64,000 bases of DNA from Eubacteriales bacterium (GCA_045594085.1 JAZNXW010000009.1:201775-265774); one strand, 5' to 3'; positions 36,446-46,765 are shown, numbered from the stretch's first letter. Translations and numbers: made by a program. Notes: generated from the letters alone by a model not told the origin.

Positions 36446-36458
36446 CTTGCGTTTTTTT
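36427..36458. terminator. Bidirectional terminator overlapping two stop codons
   Basis: ACGCAAGC (36434-36441) pairs with GCTTGCGT (36445-36452), A-run before and T7 after. The PHP TAG (36443-36445) lies in the loop/stem, and the SpoIID-like stop is at 36457. Confidence 0.85.
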
Positions 36459-38388
36459 AATATTCGATAATTTCTTTATAATCTGTAAGCGAGACCGATC
36501 CGCAGTATGCACGGAGCATTTCATCATACAACAAACCAAGATCGGCAAGATCGTGAAGTCCCCATTGCGAAAGTCCGACGCCGTGTCCCCAGCCTTTGCC
36601 GACGAAGATAAAATTGTTTTCATCTTCCGCATAAACCGTTTCCGTAGCCAAGTGAGCAGTCGAATATTCTTCGAGGTTCAGAGCGGCGGCCGTGCCGTTT
36701 TTGTACGATTCCGCTGTCATAACGCTTACGGATGAGGTAGGGGCGAAGCTCTGCTGTCCGTTTGCCGTGATGACGGTGACGCCATTTGAAAACGACGAGA
36801 ACAGTTTGCCGAGCGAGGTCATAACGGCGAAGGCGCCATCTTTTGACGTCTTGAGCTGATCTGGTGTTATCAGCGTTTTATATGTCGTATAAGTGGCACT
36901 TCCCTTGCCTACGGAGAAATTCGCGCTGTACGTGTACGATGCAAACGCACTTTTAACCTTATCCGTCCTCTTTATGACGACAGAATTACCGGATTCATCC
37001 TTGACGGTCACTTGGTACGCATAGTTTGAATTCTCACCTGCGGTTTTGTCTACCGTAATTGATGCTATGGGCGAGTTAAGCGAGGTATATCCTTTGTCGT
37101 AAAGATATTGCTGAAGCTCCTCGGGCGAGACCTCCTTAGTCCAGAATCCATACGTATGATTTCTGTAATCCTCCCACGGAGTCCACACGCTTCTGAGCCA
37201 CGGACAATCATTCTGTCCCCAGATATAGCGCGAATCGACGGTCGAATCGCCTACACTTGAAGAATAATACACGGGCGCAAGCGCTCCGTTATATGTCAAA
37301 ACAAGTCCCGCCGTCGAGCTGACGGCATTTTTTACGTTTTCGTTTGCTCTTCCGATCCCTTTATAGACCTGGCTTGATGTGGTATTGCAAAGATTGAAGC
37401 CATAGCTCGACCAATATTTGCCCATTTCCGAGACGGTAAAGGTACGTGCTATCACGGCAAACGCCTTGAGCGTTTCAAGCGGCCACGAATTTGACACCTC
37501 ATACGGCACGACTCCGAGAAGGTAGTCCTCGATCGGAAGGACATTGACGAGCTGGATTCCGTCGATGGCGTCTTTATTGGAAATGTAACGCTTATAGACG
37601 AAAACACCGTCGTAAATATTTCCTGCGGGAGTAGCTGTATAGGCTTCGGTGCCATCCTCCCCGTCGATAGGCTCGAGTGCAAGGTAAGAATCAGTACCGC
37701 AATCGTATTCAAAAAGGATCTCTGCCGTTTTATGAGCTACAACGGTAACTCCCGTATCGGACGGGGCGACAGTATGCATCGTCTGCTCCGGAAAAAGAAG
37801 TGATATTTCAGCCAAAGCAGCCTCAGCAGACGCCGCATCGGGATATTGACCGATACGTATCTTCAGCTCTCCGTTTATGTATGACGGAATCGCGTAAACT
37901 GACGTTTCCATAAGGATAGCATCAACCCCGTCAACCGCGTCCGTTAGCGCCGCCGAATCCGCGTAAACAGCATCAAGCTCTATATGATAACCTCCGACAG
38001 CAACGTTCTCGTCGCTGTGGTAGTATGAATTTGCAATGGTTTTGGCGAAGTTTCTGTCACCGAGGACGGAAACCTTTGCCGTATCGGGGATAGTCCAGAG
38101 GGGAGTGAAGGTCTTTTCGTACATCTCCATCTTTTCAGAGCCGACCGTGTACCCAACGGTCGTTGTCGAAGTAAACGCTACGTCTACGGATGAACCGTAG
38201 ACGAGCCCGACAGCGACGTTGAGTTCATCGGGTTCGGACGCGCTGACCTCTTCGATAATGAAGAAGATAGCGGTGTACAGTGCGGTGATGACCATCATGA
38301 GTACGAGTACCCACGCGATAATACGCACTGCGAGCTTGCGAGGATCGACCTTACGGGTCTTCCCTCTTTTTTCATTCTGCGTGCTCAA
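36457..38388 (-). CDS. SpoIID/LytB domain protein
   Basis: N-terminal TM. ..LEDYLLGVVPYEVSNSWPLETLKAFAVIARTF.., NLCNTTSSQVYKG, VYYSSSVG and GKGWGHGVGLSQWG are SpoIID signatures. TTG start with GAGGAG 9 nt upstream. Confidence 0.85.
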   Translation of the reverse strand: MSTQNEKRGKTRKVDPRKLAVRIIAWVLVLMMVITALYTAIFFIIEEVSASEPDELNVAVGLVYGSSVDVAFTSTTTVGYTVGSEKMEMYEKTFTPLWTIPDTAKVSVLGDRNFAKTIANSYYHSDENVAVGGYHIELDAVYADSAALTDAVDGVDAILMETSVYAIPSYINGELKIRIGQYPDAASAEAALAEISLLFPEQTMHTVAPSDTGVTVVAHKTAEILFEYDCGTDSYLALEPIDGEDGTEAYTATPAGNIYDGVFVYKRYISNKDAIDGIQLVNVLPIEDYLLGVVPYEVSNSWPLETLKAFAVIARTFTVSEMGKYWSSYGFNLCNTTSSQVYKGIGRANENVKNAVSSTAGLVLTYNGALAPVYYSSSVGDSTVDSRYIWGQNDCPWLRSVWTPWEDYRNHTYGFWTKEVSPEELQQYLYDKGYTSLNSPIASITVDKTAGENSNYAYQVTVKDESGNSVVIKRTDKVKSAFASYTYSANFSVGKGSATYTTYKTLITPDQLKTSKDGAFAVMTSLGKLFSSFSNGVTVITANGQQSFAPTSSVSVMTAESYKNGTAAALNLEEYSTAHLATETVYAEDENNFIFVGKGWGHGVGLSQWGLHDLADLGLLYDEMLRAYCGSVSLTDYKEIIEY

Positions 38389-38905
38389 CTGTGTATTCTC
38401 CTCTGATTAATATTTCAGCACCTGTAGATGAGACGACTTTAATTCCTCTTCCGTCGTTTGCCGGAATGAGGATAAGATGGTTTCTGACGATAGTCTTACC
38501 GTCCGTGAGCTCTGCACCGTTCGTTATATTGGCAATCGTGCCGACTCCCTCGGGAATGACAGTGACAGCTCCGCCGGAGCGGAGGATGATCTCTATCCTT
38601 TCGTTTTTCGGGTAGATCACATCGCCTTTCGCAAGCGAAACAGACTCAAAATCCGCGCTTGACACCGTTACGGAGGGCGTCTCGGAATCTCCTGACTCAA
38701 GCGCGTCGATACGCGCCGTGAGTGCATCGATTATCGCCTGATATTCATTTTTCTGCTCCTCAAGACGCAATTCAAGATACGACTGCGCGACAAGCGGATC
38801 CGTTGAGCTGTCGTATGCTGTTCCGGCGGCGAAAGCAAACACGGAGCAGATCAACGATGTCGAAACTATCAGGACAATTATGAGCGTTTTCTTTCCGAGT
38901 TTCAT
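38372..38905 (-). CDS. Hypothetical secreted/membrane-anchored protein (signal anchor, coiled-coil segment, beta-rich C-terminus)
   Basis: Start set to ATG 38905 (MKLGKKTLIIVLIV..), which has a GGAGG RBS. It overlaps the SpoIID-like start by 17 nt (coupled). I recognise no family. Confidence 0.55.
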   Translation of the reverse strand: MKLGKKTLIIVLIVSTSLICSVFAFAAGTAYDSSTDPLVAQSYLELRLEEQKNEYQAIIDALTARIDALESGDSETPSVTVSSADFESVSLAKGDVIYPKNERIEIILRSGGAVTVIPEGVGTIANITNGAELTDGKTIVRNHLILIPANDGRGIKVVSSTGAEILIRGEYTVEHAE

Positions 38906-39039
38906 AGTACCTCCATTCTGCCGCACGCAGCGGCACAAATATATAGTTGGCAGCACGAAACGGGAAATGAACCCGTTTCGCCGCACACAAGGTGCGGTGC
39001 CGATGATTTGGCGTTAATGCAGCTGACGCTGTCTTCGCG

Positions 39040-41271
39040 CTACAGGAGCTTCATTTGTGCGGAGCCTGAATCCGCATCTGAGAGCGTTATGCCCGTTGAA
39101 GGAAGCTTCTGTCGTCTGTAACGTGAAGGATTCTCAAAGAGCGATGAGGGATCGCTCTTTGACGAGATGATCTTCTGCCCGTCCTTCAGACTGAACAGCG
39201 TAACTCCGTGCGAGGTACGCGTAGTTTTAAGCGGGATCTGCGAGGTCGAGATGACGATCGCACGGTCCGCGCTGTTCATCATCATAATATCGAACGGTTC
39301 GCGTTCGATAAACGCCGCCACGGGTGCGGAAGCACCGCTGTATGCATTGGTTAGCTTTTTTCTGTTTGTTTTCGTTTCGTAGACATTTATCGGGACCTTG
39401 ACGCCCTTGCCGTTTTCGAAAATATAAACTACGTTTACGTCGGGCGAATATTCCTTGATCGGGCACATCAGAAGCACGCCTTCGCCGTCATCGAAATTGA
39501 GCTTGGCGGGGACATAATCACCGAGTGAGGATGCCTTTTGCGTATCAAAATCGGACACGCGAGACTTATAAACCTGGCATTTGTCCGAGAAGAAGAGGAT
39601 CTCGTCACGGTTTTCCGCGTCCTCACAGCAAAGCACTGAGTCGCCGTCCTTGAGCTTTTGCTCGTCGTTTCCTCTGTAGGACGCCATTGTGATCTTTTTG
39701 AAGTACCCCGCTTTCGACAAAACTGTCTTGCAAGCATAGTTTTCGATGAAGTCATCTGCGGTGACGGTTTCGATCTCATCTGCAGAGATGATCTCCGTCT
39801 TTCTCGGCTGACCGTACTTCTTTTTGATCGTCTGGAGCTGCTTAATGATCTCGCCCTTGAGCTTGATATCATCCGAAATGATCGACTTCATATCCGCGAT
39901 CTCACCTCTGAGAGACTCGATCTCCTTGATTCTGTTAAGGATATACTCGCGGTTGAGGTTGCGGAGCTTGATCTCCGCAATATACTCTGCCTGTACCTTA
40001 TCGATGCCGAAGCCCTCCATAAGATTCGGAACGACCATCGCCTCCGTTTCGGTCTCGCGGACGATCTTTATCGCCTTATCGATATCGATGAGTATCTTTC
40101 CGAGACCGAGAAGCAGATGAAGCTTCGCCTCCTTCTGCTCGCAATCATAAGTGAGCTCGCGTCTGTAACAGCCGGAGCGGAATCTGATCCATTCGTTGAG
40201 TATCTGCGCGACGCCGAGCTGACGCGGTGCGCCGTCGATGAGCAGATTGAAATTACAGCGGAAGGAATCCTCAAGAGAGGTAAGCTTATAAAGCTTTTCC
40301 ATAAGCTTTACGGGATCTGTACCGCGTCTGACGTCAAGCGTGAGCTTGAAGCCCGACAGGTCGATCTCATCGCGGAAATCCGTGATCTCCTTGATCTTGC
40401 CTTCCTTGAAAAGCTCCGTAAGCTTTTTCATAATCAGCTCGATCGTTGTTGAATACGGGATCTCAAGGATCTCGATGCAGTTATTCTTTTCGTCGTATCT
40501 GTACTTTGCGCGAAGCTTTACGGATCCGACGCCCGTATTATAAATAGAAAGGAGCTGTTCGCGGTCATAAATGAGTTTGCCGCCTCCCGAAAAATCGGGA
40601 GCCTTGATAATATCGAGCAGCTTTTCGTTCGACGTCTTGGGATTTTTGAGGAGCGCGATGGTTCCGTCGCAGATCTCGTTGAGATTGAACGAACAGATAT
40701 TGGATGCCATACCGACCGCGATACCCATATTGGGATTTACGAGAATATTCGGGAAGGTCGTGGGAAGGAGTGTCGGCTCCTTGATCGTATTATCGTAGTT
40801 ATCGACCATATCGACAGCATTTTTGTCGATACCGCGGAATATCTCGGCGCAGAACGGGTCAAGCTTGACCTCCGTATAACGCGGAGCCGCGTATTTCATA
40901 TCACTCGAATACTGCTTACCGAAGCTTCCCTTTGAGTCAATGAACGGATGAAGCAGAGCCTCATTGTCGCGCGTCATTCTCACCATCGTCTCATATATGG
41001 ATGCATCACCGTGAGGATTGAGCTTCATCGTAAGACCTACGACGTTGGCACTCTTTGTGCGCTGTCCCGTCATAAGCCCCTCGCGATACATCGTATAAAG
41101 CAATTTTCTGTGTGCGGGCTTAAAACCGTCGATCTCGGGGATCGCACGGGAGACTATAACCGTCATAACGTACGGCATATAGTTGGATTCTATCGTCTCC
41201 GTTATGGGCTGATTGATTATCTCCGCGGGCGGTGCCTGTTCAACTGTCGGTTTCGCTTTTTTTCTTGCCAT
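39040..41271 (-). CDS. parC: Type IIA topoisomerase subunit A (ParC/GyrA family)
   Basis: YMPYVMTVIVSRAIPEIDGFKPAHRKLLYTM, NPHGDASIYETMVRM, and the active-site Tyr context AAPRYTE. 743 aa with a C-terminal beta-pinwheel region. The ParC versus GyrA assignment is an inference. Confidence 0.8.
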   Translation of the reverse strand: MARKKAKPTVEQAPPAEIINQPITETIESNYMPYVMTVIVSRAIPEIDGFKPAHRKLLYTMYREGLMTGQRTKSANVVGLTMKLNPHGDASIYETMVRMTRDNEALLHPFIDSKGSFGKQYSSDMKYAAPRYTEVKLDPFCAEIFRGIDKNAVDMVDNYDNTIKEPTLLPTTFPNILVNPNMGIAVGMASNICSFNLNEICDGTIALLKNPKTSNEKLLDIIKAPDFSGGGKLIYDREQLLSIYNTGVGSVKLRAKYRYDEKNNCIEILEIPYSTTIELIMKKLTELFKEGKIKEITDFRDEIDLSGFKLTLDVRRGTDPVKLMEKLYKLTSLEDSFRCNFNLLIDGAPRQLGVAQILNEWIRFRSGCYRRELTYDCEQKEAKLHLLLGLGKILIDIDKAIKIVRETETEAMVVPNLMEGFGIDKVQAEYIAEIKLRNLNREYILNRIKEIESLRGEIADMKSIISDDIKLKGEIIKQLQTIKKKYGQPRKTEIISADEIETVTADDFIENYACKTVLSKAGYFKKITMASYRGNDEQKLKDGDSVLCCEDAENRDEILFFSDKCQVYKSRVSDFDTQKASSLGDYVPAKLNFDDGEGVLLMCPIKEYSPDVNVVYIFENGKGVKVPINVYETKTNRKKLTNAYSGASAPVAAFIEREPFDIMMMNSADRAIVISTSQIPLKTTRTSHGVTLFSLKDGQKIISSKSDPSSLFENPSRYRRQKLPSTGITLSDADSGSAQMKLL

Positions 41272-41296
41272 TTGTGTTCTCTCTTCGTTTCAAATA

Positions 41297-42334
41297 TCAA
41301 ACTTTCATTACCGTATGATCGGCGGCGCGTATAAGTCTGTTATATATCGCGGGCAAAAGTCCCGTTCCGCCGTCCGTGGGCAAATATGTGTATATCTTTT
41401 TTATATCAGCGTCATCGAGCTCGTCCGCATAGCGGAGCGCGGCAAAAAGATTTTTTGCGTGAGCCGCCTCGTCCTCTTTTTTGCCGATCGAATACGCTTT
41501 GTTTCCGTATTTTTTTGCGTCTTCTTCATAACAAATGAAAAAGACTCCGCCTTTTTTCATTTCCGCGTCGATAAACGAAGCGACAGCTTCATCCGTACCG
41601 TCAAGCAAAATGAGCGGCACGCGCGGCGCGTAATGCTTATATTTCATACCCGGCGAAAGCGGCTTTTCGCCTTCCTTGAGTCCGTCTGCGACCGTTACGT
41701 CGGATGCGACGCACGAAAGTGCGCCCTCATCCACCGCGCCCGGGCGCAATATTTTGAGCGAATCCTCGCCCGTCAGAAGCACGACCGTCGATTCAAGACC
41801 GACCTCGCACGCGCCGCCGTCCACGATCGCGTCAACTCTGCCGAGCATATCCTTGACACAATGCTCAAACGTCGTTGGCGAAGGGCTGCCGGACAAATTT
41901 GCCGACGGAGCAGCAACAGGAACTCCCGCAAGACGTATAAGCTCTCTTGCCGTGGGATGTGACGGACAGCGCACACCGACTGTGCCGCCGCCTGCCGTGA
42001 CCTCATCGGGGATGACGTCCTTTTTTTTCAGTATGACGGTGAGCGGTCCGGGCATAAACTGCTTTGCAAGCTTATAATAAAGCGGCGTTGTATGCGCAAA
42101 ATTTTCAGCCTCTGCGGGATCCGCGACATGAACGATAAGCGGATTATCGTGAGGACGTCCCTTTGCCTCAAACACGTTATACGCGCCGATAGCGGAATAC
42201 GCACTGCATCCGAGGCCGTATACTGTCTCAGTCGGGATGATGACAAGGCCTCCGTCGCGAAGGATACGCGCCGCCGAGGCAAGCTCCGACTCATTATGAC
42301 CGCGTTTTATTAGTAATGTTTCTTTCGGTGTCAT
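41297..42334 (-). CDS. tsaC: L-threonylcarbamoyladenylate synthase (Sua5/YwlC type, with C-terminal Sua5 domain)
   Basis: [43 protein letters not shown]. 345 aa. ATGA overlap with the prfA stop. Confidence 0.88.
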   Translation of the reverse strand: MTPKETLLIKRGHNESELASAARILRDGGLVIIPTETVYGLGCSAYSAIGAYNVFEAKGRPHDNPLIVHVADPAEAENFAHTTPLYYKLAKQFMPGPLTVILKKKDVIPDEVTAGGGTVGVRCPSHPTARELIRLAGVPVAAPSANLSGSPSPTTFEHCVKDMLGRVDAIVDGGACEVGLESTVVLLTGEDSLKILRPGAVDEGALSCVASDVTVADGLKEGEKPLSPGMKYKHYAPRVPLILLDGTDEAVASFIDAEMKKGGVFFICYEEDAKKYGNKAYSIGKKEDEAAHAKNLFAALRYADELDDADIKKIYTYLPTDGGTGLLPAIYNRLIRAADHTVMKV

Positions 42335-43404
42335 AGCATAAGCTCGCCGCTCTTGAGTTTTTCGGCGGTATCCGCCGTGATGAGCGCATCCACCATTTCG
42401 TCGATCGAGCCGTTCAAAAATGATTCGAGGGAATAAAGCGTCAGCCCGATCCTATGATCGGAAACGCGTCCCTGCGGGTAATTGTAGGTGCGGATGCGCT
42501 CACTTCTGTCGCCCGTACCGACCTGTGATTTTCTGTCTGCGGCTATTTTATCCGCCTGCTCCGTGCGCTTCAGATCGTAAAGCTTTGCGCGCAAGAGTTT
42601 CATTGCCTTATCCTTGTTTTTGTGCTGGCTTCGTTCATCCTGACATTCAATGACTATTCCCGTCGGCTTATGGATAAGACGTATCGCCGACTCGGTCTTA
42701 TTAACGTGCTGACCGCCAGCACCGCTTGATTTCTGTGTTTCGATTATGAGATCTGACTGATTGATCTCGACCTCGACCTCCTCAGCCTCGGGAAGCACGG
42801 CAACCGTTGCGGTAGAGGTGTGTATTCTTCCCTGCGATTCGGTCTCGGGGACACGCTGAACGCGGTGTACGCCGGATTCAAATTTGAATCTCGTATACGC
42901 GCCCTCTCCGGAGATCATCATCGTGACCTCGCGGTATCCTCCGAGCTCCGTTTCGTTAGCGGAGACGATCTCCGTTTTGAAGCGTCTCGAATCGGAATAC
43001 ATTGTATACATTCGTGCAAGCACGGAGGCAAAGAGTGCTGCCTCTTCACCTCCCGCACCTGCACGTATCTCAAGGATTACGTTTTTATCATCATCGGGAT
43101 CGCGCGGCACAAGCAGTATCTTGAGCTCCTCGAGAAGAGCCTCAAGCTCCGCTTTCTTTTCCGTCAGCTCCTCTGCTGCAAACTGCTCCATTTCGGGATC
43201 TCCGCATTCGGAAAGCTCACGCGCTTCCTCGATCGCGATCTCGCAAGCCTTATACTCGCGATATTTTTCGATTATGGGAAAAAGAAGTTTACGTTCGCGC
43301 GTAAGCTTCTTATACGCATCCATATCCGAATATGCGTCGGGGGAGCTCAGTGCCGTTTCTATTTCATTGAATCTTATTTCCGCGCCCTTGAGTTTTTCAA
43401 GCAT
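42331..43404 (-). CDS. prfA: Peptide chain release factor 1
   Basis: PET-type tripeptide context ([13 protein letters not shown]) and the GGQ motif [18 protein letters not shown]. 357 aa. Confidence 0.93.
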   Translation of the reverse strand: MLEKLKGAEIRFNEIETALSSPDAYSDMDAYKKLTRERKLLFPIIEKYREYKACEIAIEEARELSECGDPEMEQFAAEELTEKKAELEALLEELKILLVPRDPDDDKNVILEIRAGAGGEEAALFASVLARMYTMYSDSRRFKTEIVSANETELGGYREVTMMISGEGAYTRFKFESGVHRVQRVPETESQGRIHTSTATVAVLPEAEEVEVEINQSDLIIETQKSSGAGGQHVNKTESAIRLIHKPTGIVIECQDERSQHKNKDKAMKLLRAKLYDLKRTEQADKIAADRKSQVGTGDRSERIRTYNYPQGRVSDHRIGLTLYSLESFLNGSIDEMVDALITADTAEKLKSGELML

Positions 43405-43428
43405 TGATGTCTTTTACTGCCTTATCGA

Positions 43429-44841
43429 TTATTTGTTGAACGCCTTGTGAGCGAGATATGCCTCATAGAGGTCAACCTTGGAGATGATCTCGAACGGAGC
43501 GTGCATAGAAAGCACGGGAACGCCGAGGTCGATGGTGTCGATGTTGTGATTTGCGATGTACTGTGCAACAGTTCCGCCGCCGCCCTGGTCAACCTTACCG
43601 AGCTCTGCCGTCTGCCATACGACACCTGCGTCGTCGAAGATCTTGCGGAGCTGATATACTGTTTCTGCGGAAGCATCACTTGTGCCGCCCTTACCTCTGG
43701 AACCCGTGAACTTGGTCAGAGTTACACCACAGCCGCAAATAGCGCTGTTACGGCGCTCGTAAACCTCAGGATAAAGCGGATCGAAGCCTGCGGCAACGTC
43801 TGCGGAGAGGCAAAGAGAATTTGCACGAACTATCGTCTCGTCTGCGCCGAGGGACTTAGAGATCTCCTTAATAACGTCAACGAGAGTATCCGCCTGCATA
43901 CCTGTGTTTCCGGCACTTCCCGTCTCTTCCTTATCAGCGAAGATGCACATAGCTGTCTTTACGGGATTTTCGAGCTCTGCAGTAGCCATAAGAATGGGAT
44001 ATGCACAAACTCTGTCGTCGTGGCCGTAGCCGCCGAGAAGAGCGCGGTCAAGTCCGATGTCACGTGTCTTGCCTGCGGGAACAATGGAAAGCTCTGCGGA
44101 GATGAAATCGGGTTCTGTGATACCGTACTTATCGAAGAAGTACTTCATAATGGAGAGCTTTACTCTTTCATCGGGATCTGCGGTTACAAAAGGATCGTCA
44201 TCGGTAGCGTAAGGACGCGATCCGATGAGAAGATTGAGACCTTCGCCCGTGAAAGCGGCGTCGAGAGGTCTGCCGGACTGATCCTTAGCAAGGTGAGGAA
44301 GAAGATCCGTGATGCAGAATACGGGATCGCCTTCATCTTCGCCGATGGAAACCTCAACTGCTTCGCCGTCAGCCTTGATGACTACGCCGTGGAGAGCAAG
44401 CGGAATGGTTGTCCACTGATACTTGCGGATACCGCCGTAATAATGGGTCTTGAAGTAACCGAAGCCGGAGTCTTCGTAAAGGGTATGCTGCTTGAGGTCG
44501 ATTCTGGGGGAATCAACGTGAGCCGCGGAAATGCGGATACCGTTTTCAATGGACTCGGAGCCGATAACGAATGCGATAAGGCACTTGCCGCGGTTGTTGA
44601 GGTAGAGCTTGTCACCCGCCTTAACTGCGTCACCGAGGTTATATGCCTTGAATCCGTGAGCTTCGAGGATCTTTACGCCTTCGGTGACAGCTTCGCGTTC
44701 TGTCTTGGAGGCGTCGAGGAATCTCGCGTAATCAGCCGCGAAAGCGTATGCGGCGTCAAGCTCTGCGGAGCTTCTTTTTTCGTAGCAGCTTTTTTTCTTA
44801 TAGAAAAGCTGATCTTTGAGTGCTTTTGTGTTTTCGGACAT
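43429..44841 (-). CDS. M18-family aminopeptidase
   Basis: 470 aa. ..ISAAHVDSPRIDLK.., ..GYGHDDRVCAY.., ..ADKEETGS.., ..VPVLSMHAP.. are metal-ligand blocks typical of the aspartyl/aminopeptidase M18 family. AAGGAG RBS. Confidence 0.8.
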   Translation of the reverse strand: MSENTKALKDQLFYKKKSCYEKRSSAELDAAYAFAADYARFLDASKTEREAVTEGVKILEAHGFKAYNLGDAVKAGDKLYLNNRGKCLIAFVIGSESIENGIRISAAHVDSPRIDLKQHTLYEDSGFGYFKTHYYGGIRKYQWTTIPLALHGVVIKADGEAVEVSIGEDEGDPVFCITDLLPHLAKDQSGRPLDAAFTGEGLNLLIGSRPYATDDDPFVTADPDERVKLSIMKYFFDKYGITEPDFISAELSIVPAGKTRDIGLDRALLGGYGHDDRVCAYPILMATAELENPVKTAMCIFADKEETGSAGNTGMQADTLVDVIKEISKSLGADETIVRANSLCLSADVAAGFDPLYPEVYERRNSAICGCGVTLTKFTGSRGKGGTSDASAETVYQLRKIFDDAGVVWQTAELGKVDQGGGGTVAQYIANHNIDTIDLGVPVLSMHAPFEIISKVDLYEAYLAHKAFNK

Positions 44842-44877
44842 TATTGTAATCTCCTTTATGTAAATATATTTGTGAAA

Positions 44878-45444
44878 TCAATAGTAAAGCTTTGCGTACA
44901 GCTCGACTGTCTCGGTCATAGTCTCGACGTAAAGTGCTGTTTCCTCATACGGTATCATATCAAGACTCATTCCGTCCGAGGAATATCTCGAATCCTCCAG
45001 CCAACTGTCTACTGTCGGAATTCCGGTGTTGTATGCAGCGTAGACGGTGGGCCATCTCGCGTAGATACCGTAAAGATAAGAAAGGTAATACGTGCCGTAT
45101 TTGATGTTCGTTTCGGGATCGTAGAGCATACCGAATTCGTAATCCTCTCCGAGCAACTCGGAGATCAGCTCAAACGTTGACGGCATAATCTGCATCAGCC
45201 CAACAGCGCCGTCTCCTGCAGTAACAGAGCTGTCAAATCCGCTTTCGTTTTTAATAACCGCATATATAATATACTCGGGCACGCCGTATGCGGCGGCATA
45301 CTTTTCAACGAACGAGGAATATTTCTTCGGATGATTTTGCCTGTCTATCCCATCGAAGAAATTTTCCGTTATCATTCCGATTCCGATTGACAGCGACACG
45401 ATCAATATGACAACGACACTGCGAAGAATCGTTTTTTTCAGCAT
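44878..45444 (-). CDS. Lytic transglycosylase (SLT domain) with an N-terminal membrane anchor
   Basis: AVIKNESGFDSSVTAGDGAVGLMQIMPSTF (E-S...GLMQ) is the SLT catalytic block. Start set to ATG 45444 (GGAG 6 nt upstream). Confidence 0.82.
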   Translation of the reverse strand: MLKKTILRSVVVILIVSLSIGIGMITENFFDGIDRQNHPKKYSSFVEKYAAAYGVPEYIIYAVIKNESGFDSSVTAGDGAVGLMQIMPSTFELISELLGEDYEFGMLYDPETNIKYGTYYLSYLYGIYARWPTVYAAYNTGIPTVDSWLEDSRYSSDGMSLDMIPYEETALYVETMTETVELYAKLYY

Positions 45445-46046
45445 ATCAATCTCCATTCAATAATATTTGCAAACAGCTGCGTCGCTTTATCGTAAAGCTG
45501 TGCGGCGCTGCCGTTATTCTCGATAATATGATCGCACATTAGGGAGAGAAGCGAATCCGGCATCTGCGAATCGATGCGGCGCTCGGCTGTCGCCTCATCT
45601 ACGCCGTCGCGCGCAACTATACGCGCAATCCGAAAAGCTCTGTCGGCAACAATGCCCACCGTCACGTCGCACATTTTGTCAAAATCGGCTTCAAAAAGAA
45701 GCGGTGCGTCAACAACGACGGCAGAGACGCCTTTTTCTCTGTATTCTTCAAGTCTGCGTTCGGTCTCGGCCTTAATGTGCTTATGTGTGATCGCATTCAG
45801 AAGCGCGCGTTTTTCGGGATCTCCGTATATGATCGCCGCAACTGCGGGACGGTTAAGCGCTCCCGATTCCGTAAGCGCCGTCGGGCCGAAGGCGTTCTCA
45901 ATCTCGGCAAGGCAGGCTGAGCCGGGGACACACAGCTCTCGATAAACGCGGTCAGCGTCGATCACTTCGCCGCCGAGTGCATATATAGCCGCGGACGCGG
46001 CGCTTTTTCCCGCGCCGGAACCGCCGCAAAGTCCGATAATTTTCAC
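45438..46046 (-). CDS. coaE: Dephospho-CoA kinase
   Basis: MKIIGLCGGSGAGKS P-loop. 202 aa. GTG start with GGAGG 6 nt upstream. Confidence 0.88.
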   Translation of the reverse strand: MKIIGLCGGSGAGKSAASAAIYALGGEVIDADRVYRELCVPGSACLAEIENAFGPTALTESGALNRPAVAAIIYGDPEKRALLNAITHKHIKAETERRLEEYREKGVSAVVVDAPLLFEADFDKMCDVTVGIVADRAFRIARIVARDGVDEATAERRIDSQMPDSLLSLMCDHIIENNGSAAQLYDKATQLFANIIEWRLIC

Positions 46047-46187
46047 CTTGCACCTCCGAACAGCGATTTATCTCAAATTACATTATACTATATATATATC
46101 ATTTTTGCAAGTAATATTGTCGATTTTGATATTTGTTCGCGAGGCAATGAATATCCCCTCTCCGCTCATGCGAAGAGGGGTATGAAG

Positions 46188-46697
46188 TTATTCTTCAATA
46201 ACGTATGCGCGTGCAATTTTGACTGTTTCTCTCGGAACGTCCGAGTACCAACCGACGCTCCACGTAGGGGTAGTCGCGATCTTATCGACTACAGCGAGGC
46301 TTTCCTCGTCGGTTACTCTTCCGAACGCGGCGTAGGCACCGTCAAGATGAGGTGAATTCTCGTGCATAATGAAGATCTGGCTTGACGCGGAATTGGGATC
46401 ATTCGTTCTCGCCATAGAAAGTGTACCTCTCGTGTGCTTGAGGTCATTTTCAGCGAATCCGTTCATTCTGAACTCACCCTTGATAGCGGGAGCGTGCTTG
46501 GGCTTCATATTTTCGTCCATGCCGCCGCCCTGGATCATAAATCCTTCAATAACTCTGTGAAAAATAAGTCCCGTATAGAAACCTTCCTTGACAAGACCGA
46601 GGAAGTTTTCAACTGTTTTAGGTGCCTTTTCGGGATAAAGCTCAGCTTTGATCGTGCCAAAACCTTCAATCTCAATGGCAATCTTTGTATTGTTCAT
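46188..46697 (-). CDS. ppiB: Peptidyl-prolyl cis-trans isomerase, cyclophilin type
   Basis: FHRVIEGFMIQGGG.., ..GTLSMARTNDPNSASSQIFI... 169 aa. Confidence 0.92.
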   Translation of the reverse strand: MNNTKIAIEIEGFGTIKAELYPEKAPKTVENFLGLVKEGFYTGLIFHRVIEGFMIQGGGMDENMKPKHAPAIKGEFRMNGFAENDLKHTRGTLSMARTNDPNSASSQIFIMHENSPHLDGAYAAFGRVTDEESLAVVDKIATTPTWSVGWYSDVPRETVKIARAYVIEE

Positions 46698-46765
46698 AAA
46701 AGTACTCCTTTGAATTATGTTTTTTGTTTATGATATCACACTTTACGCGATTTTTCAATCTCAGC

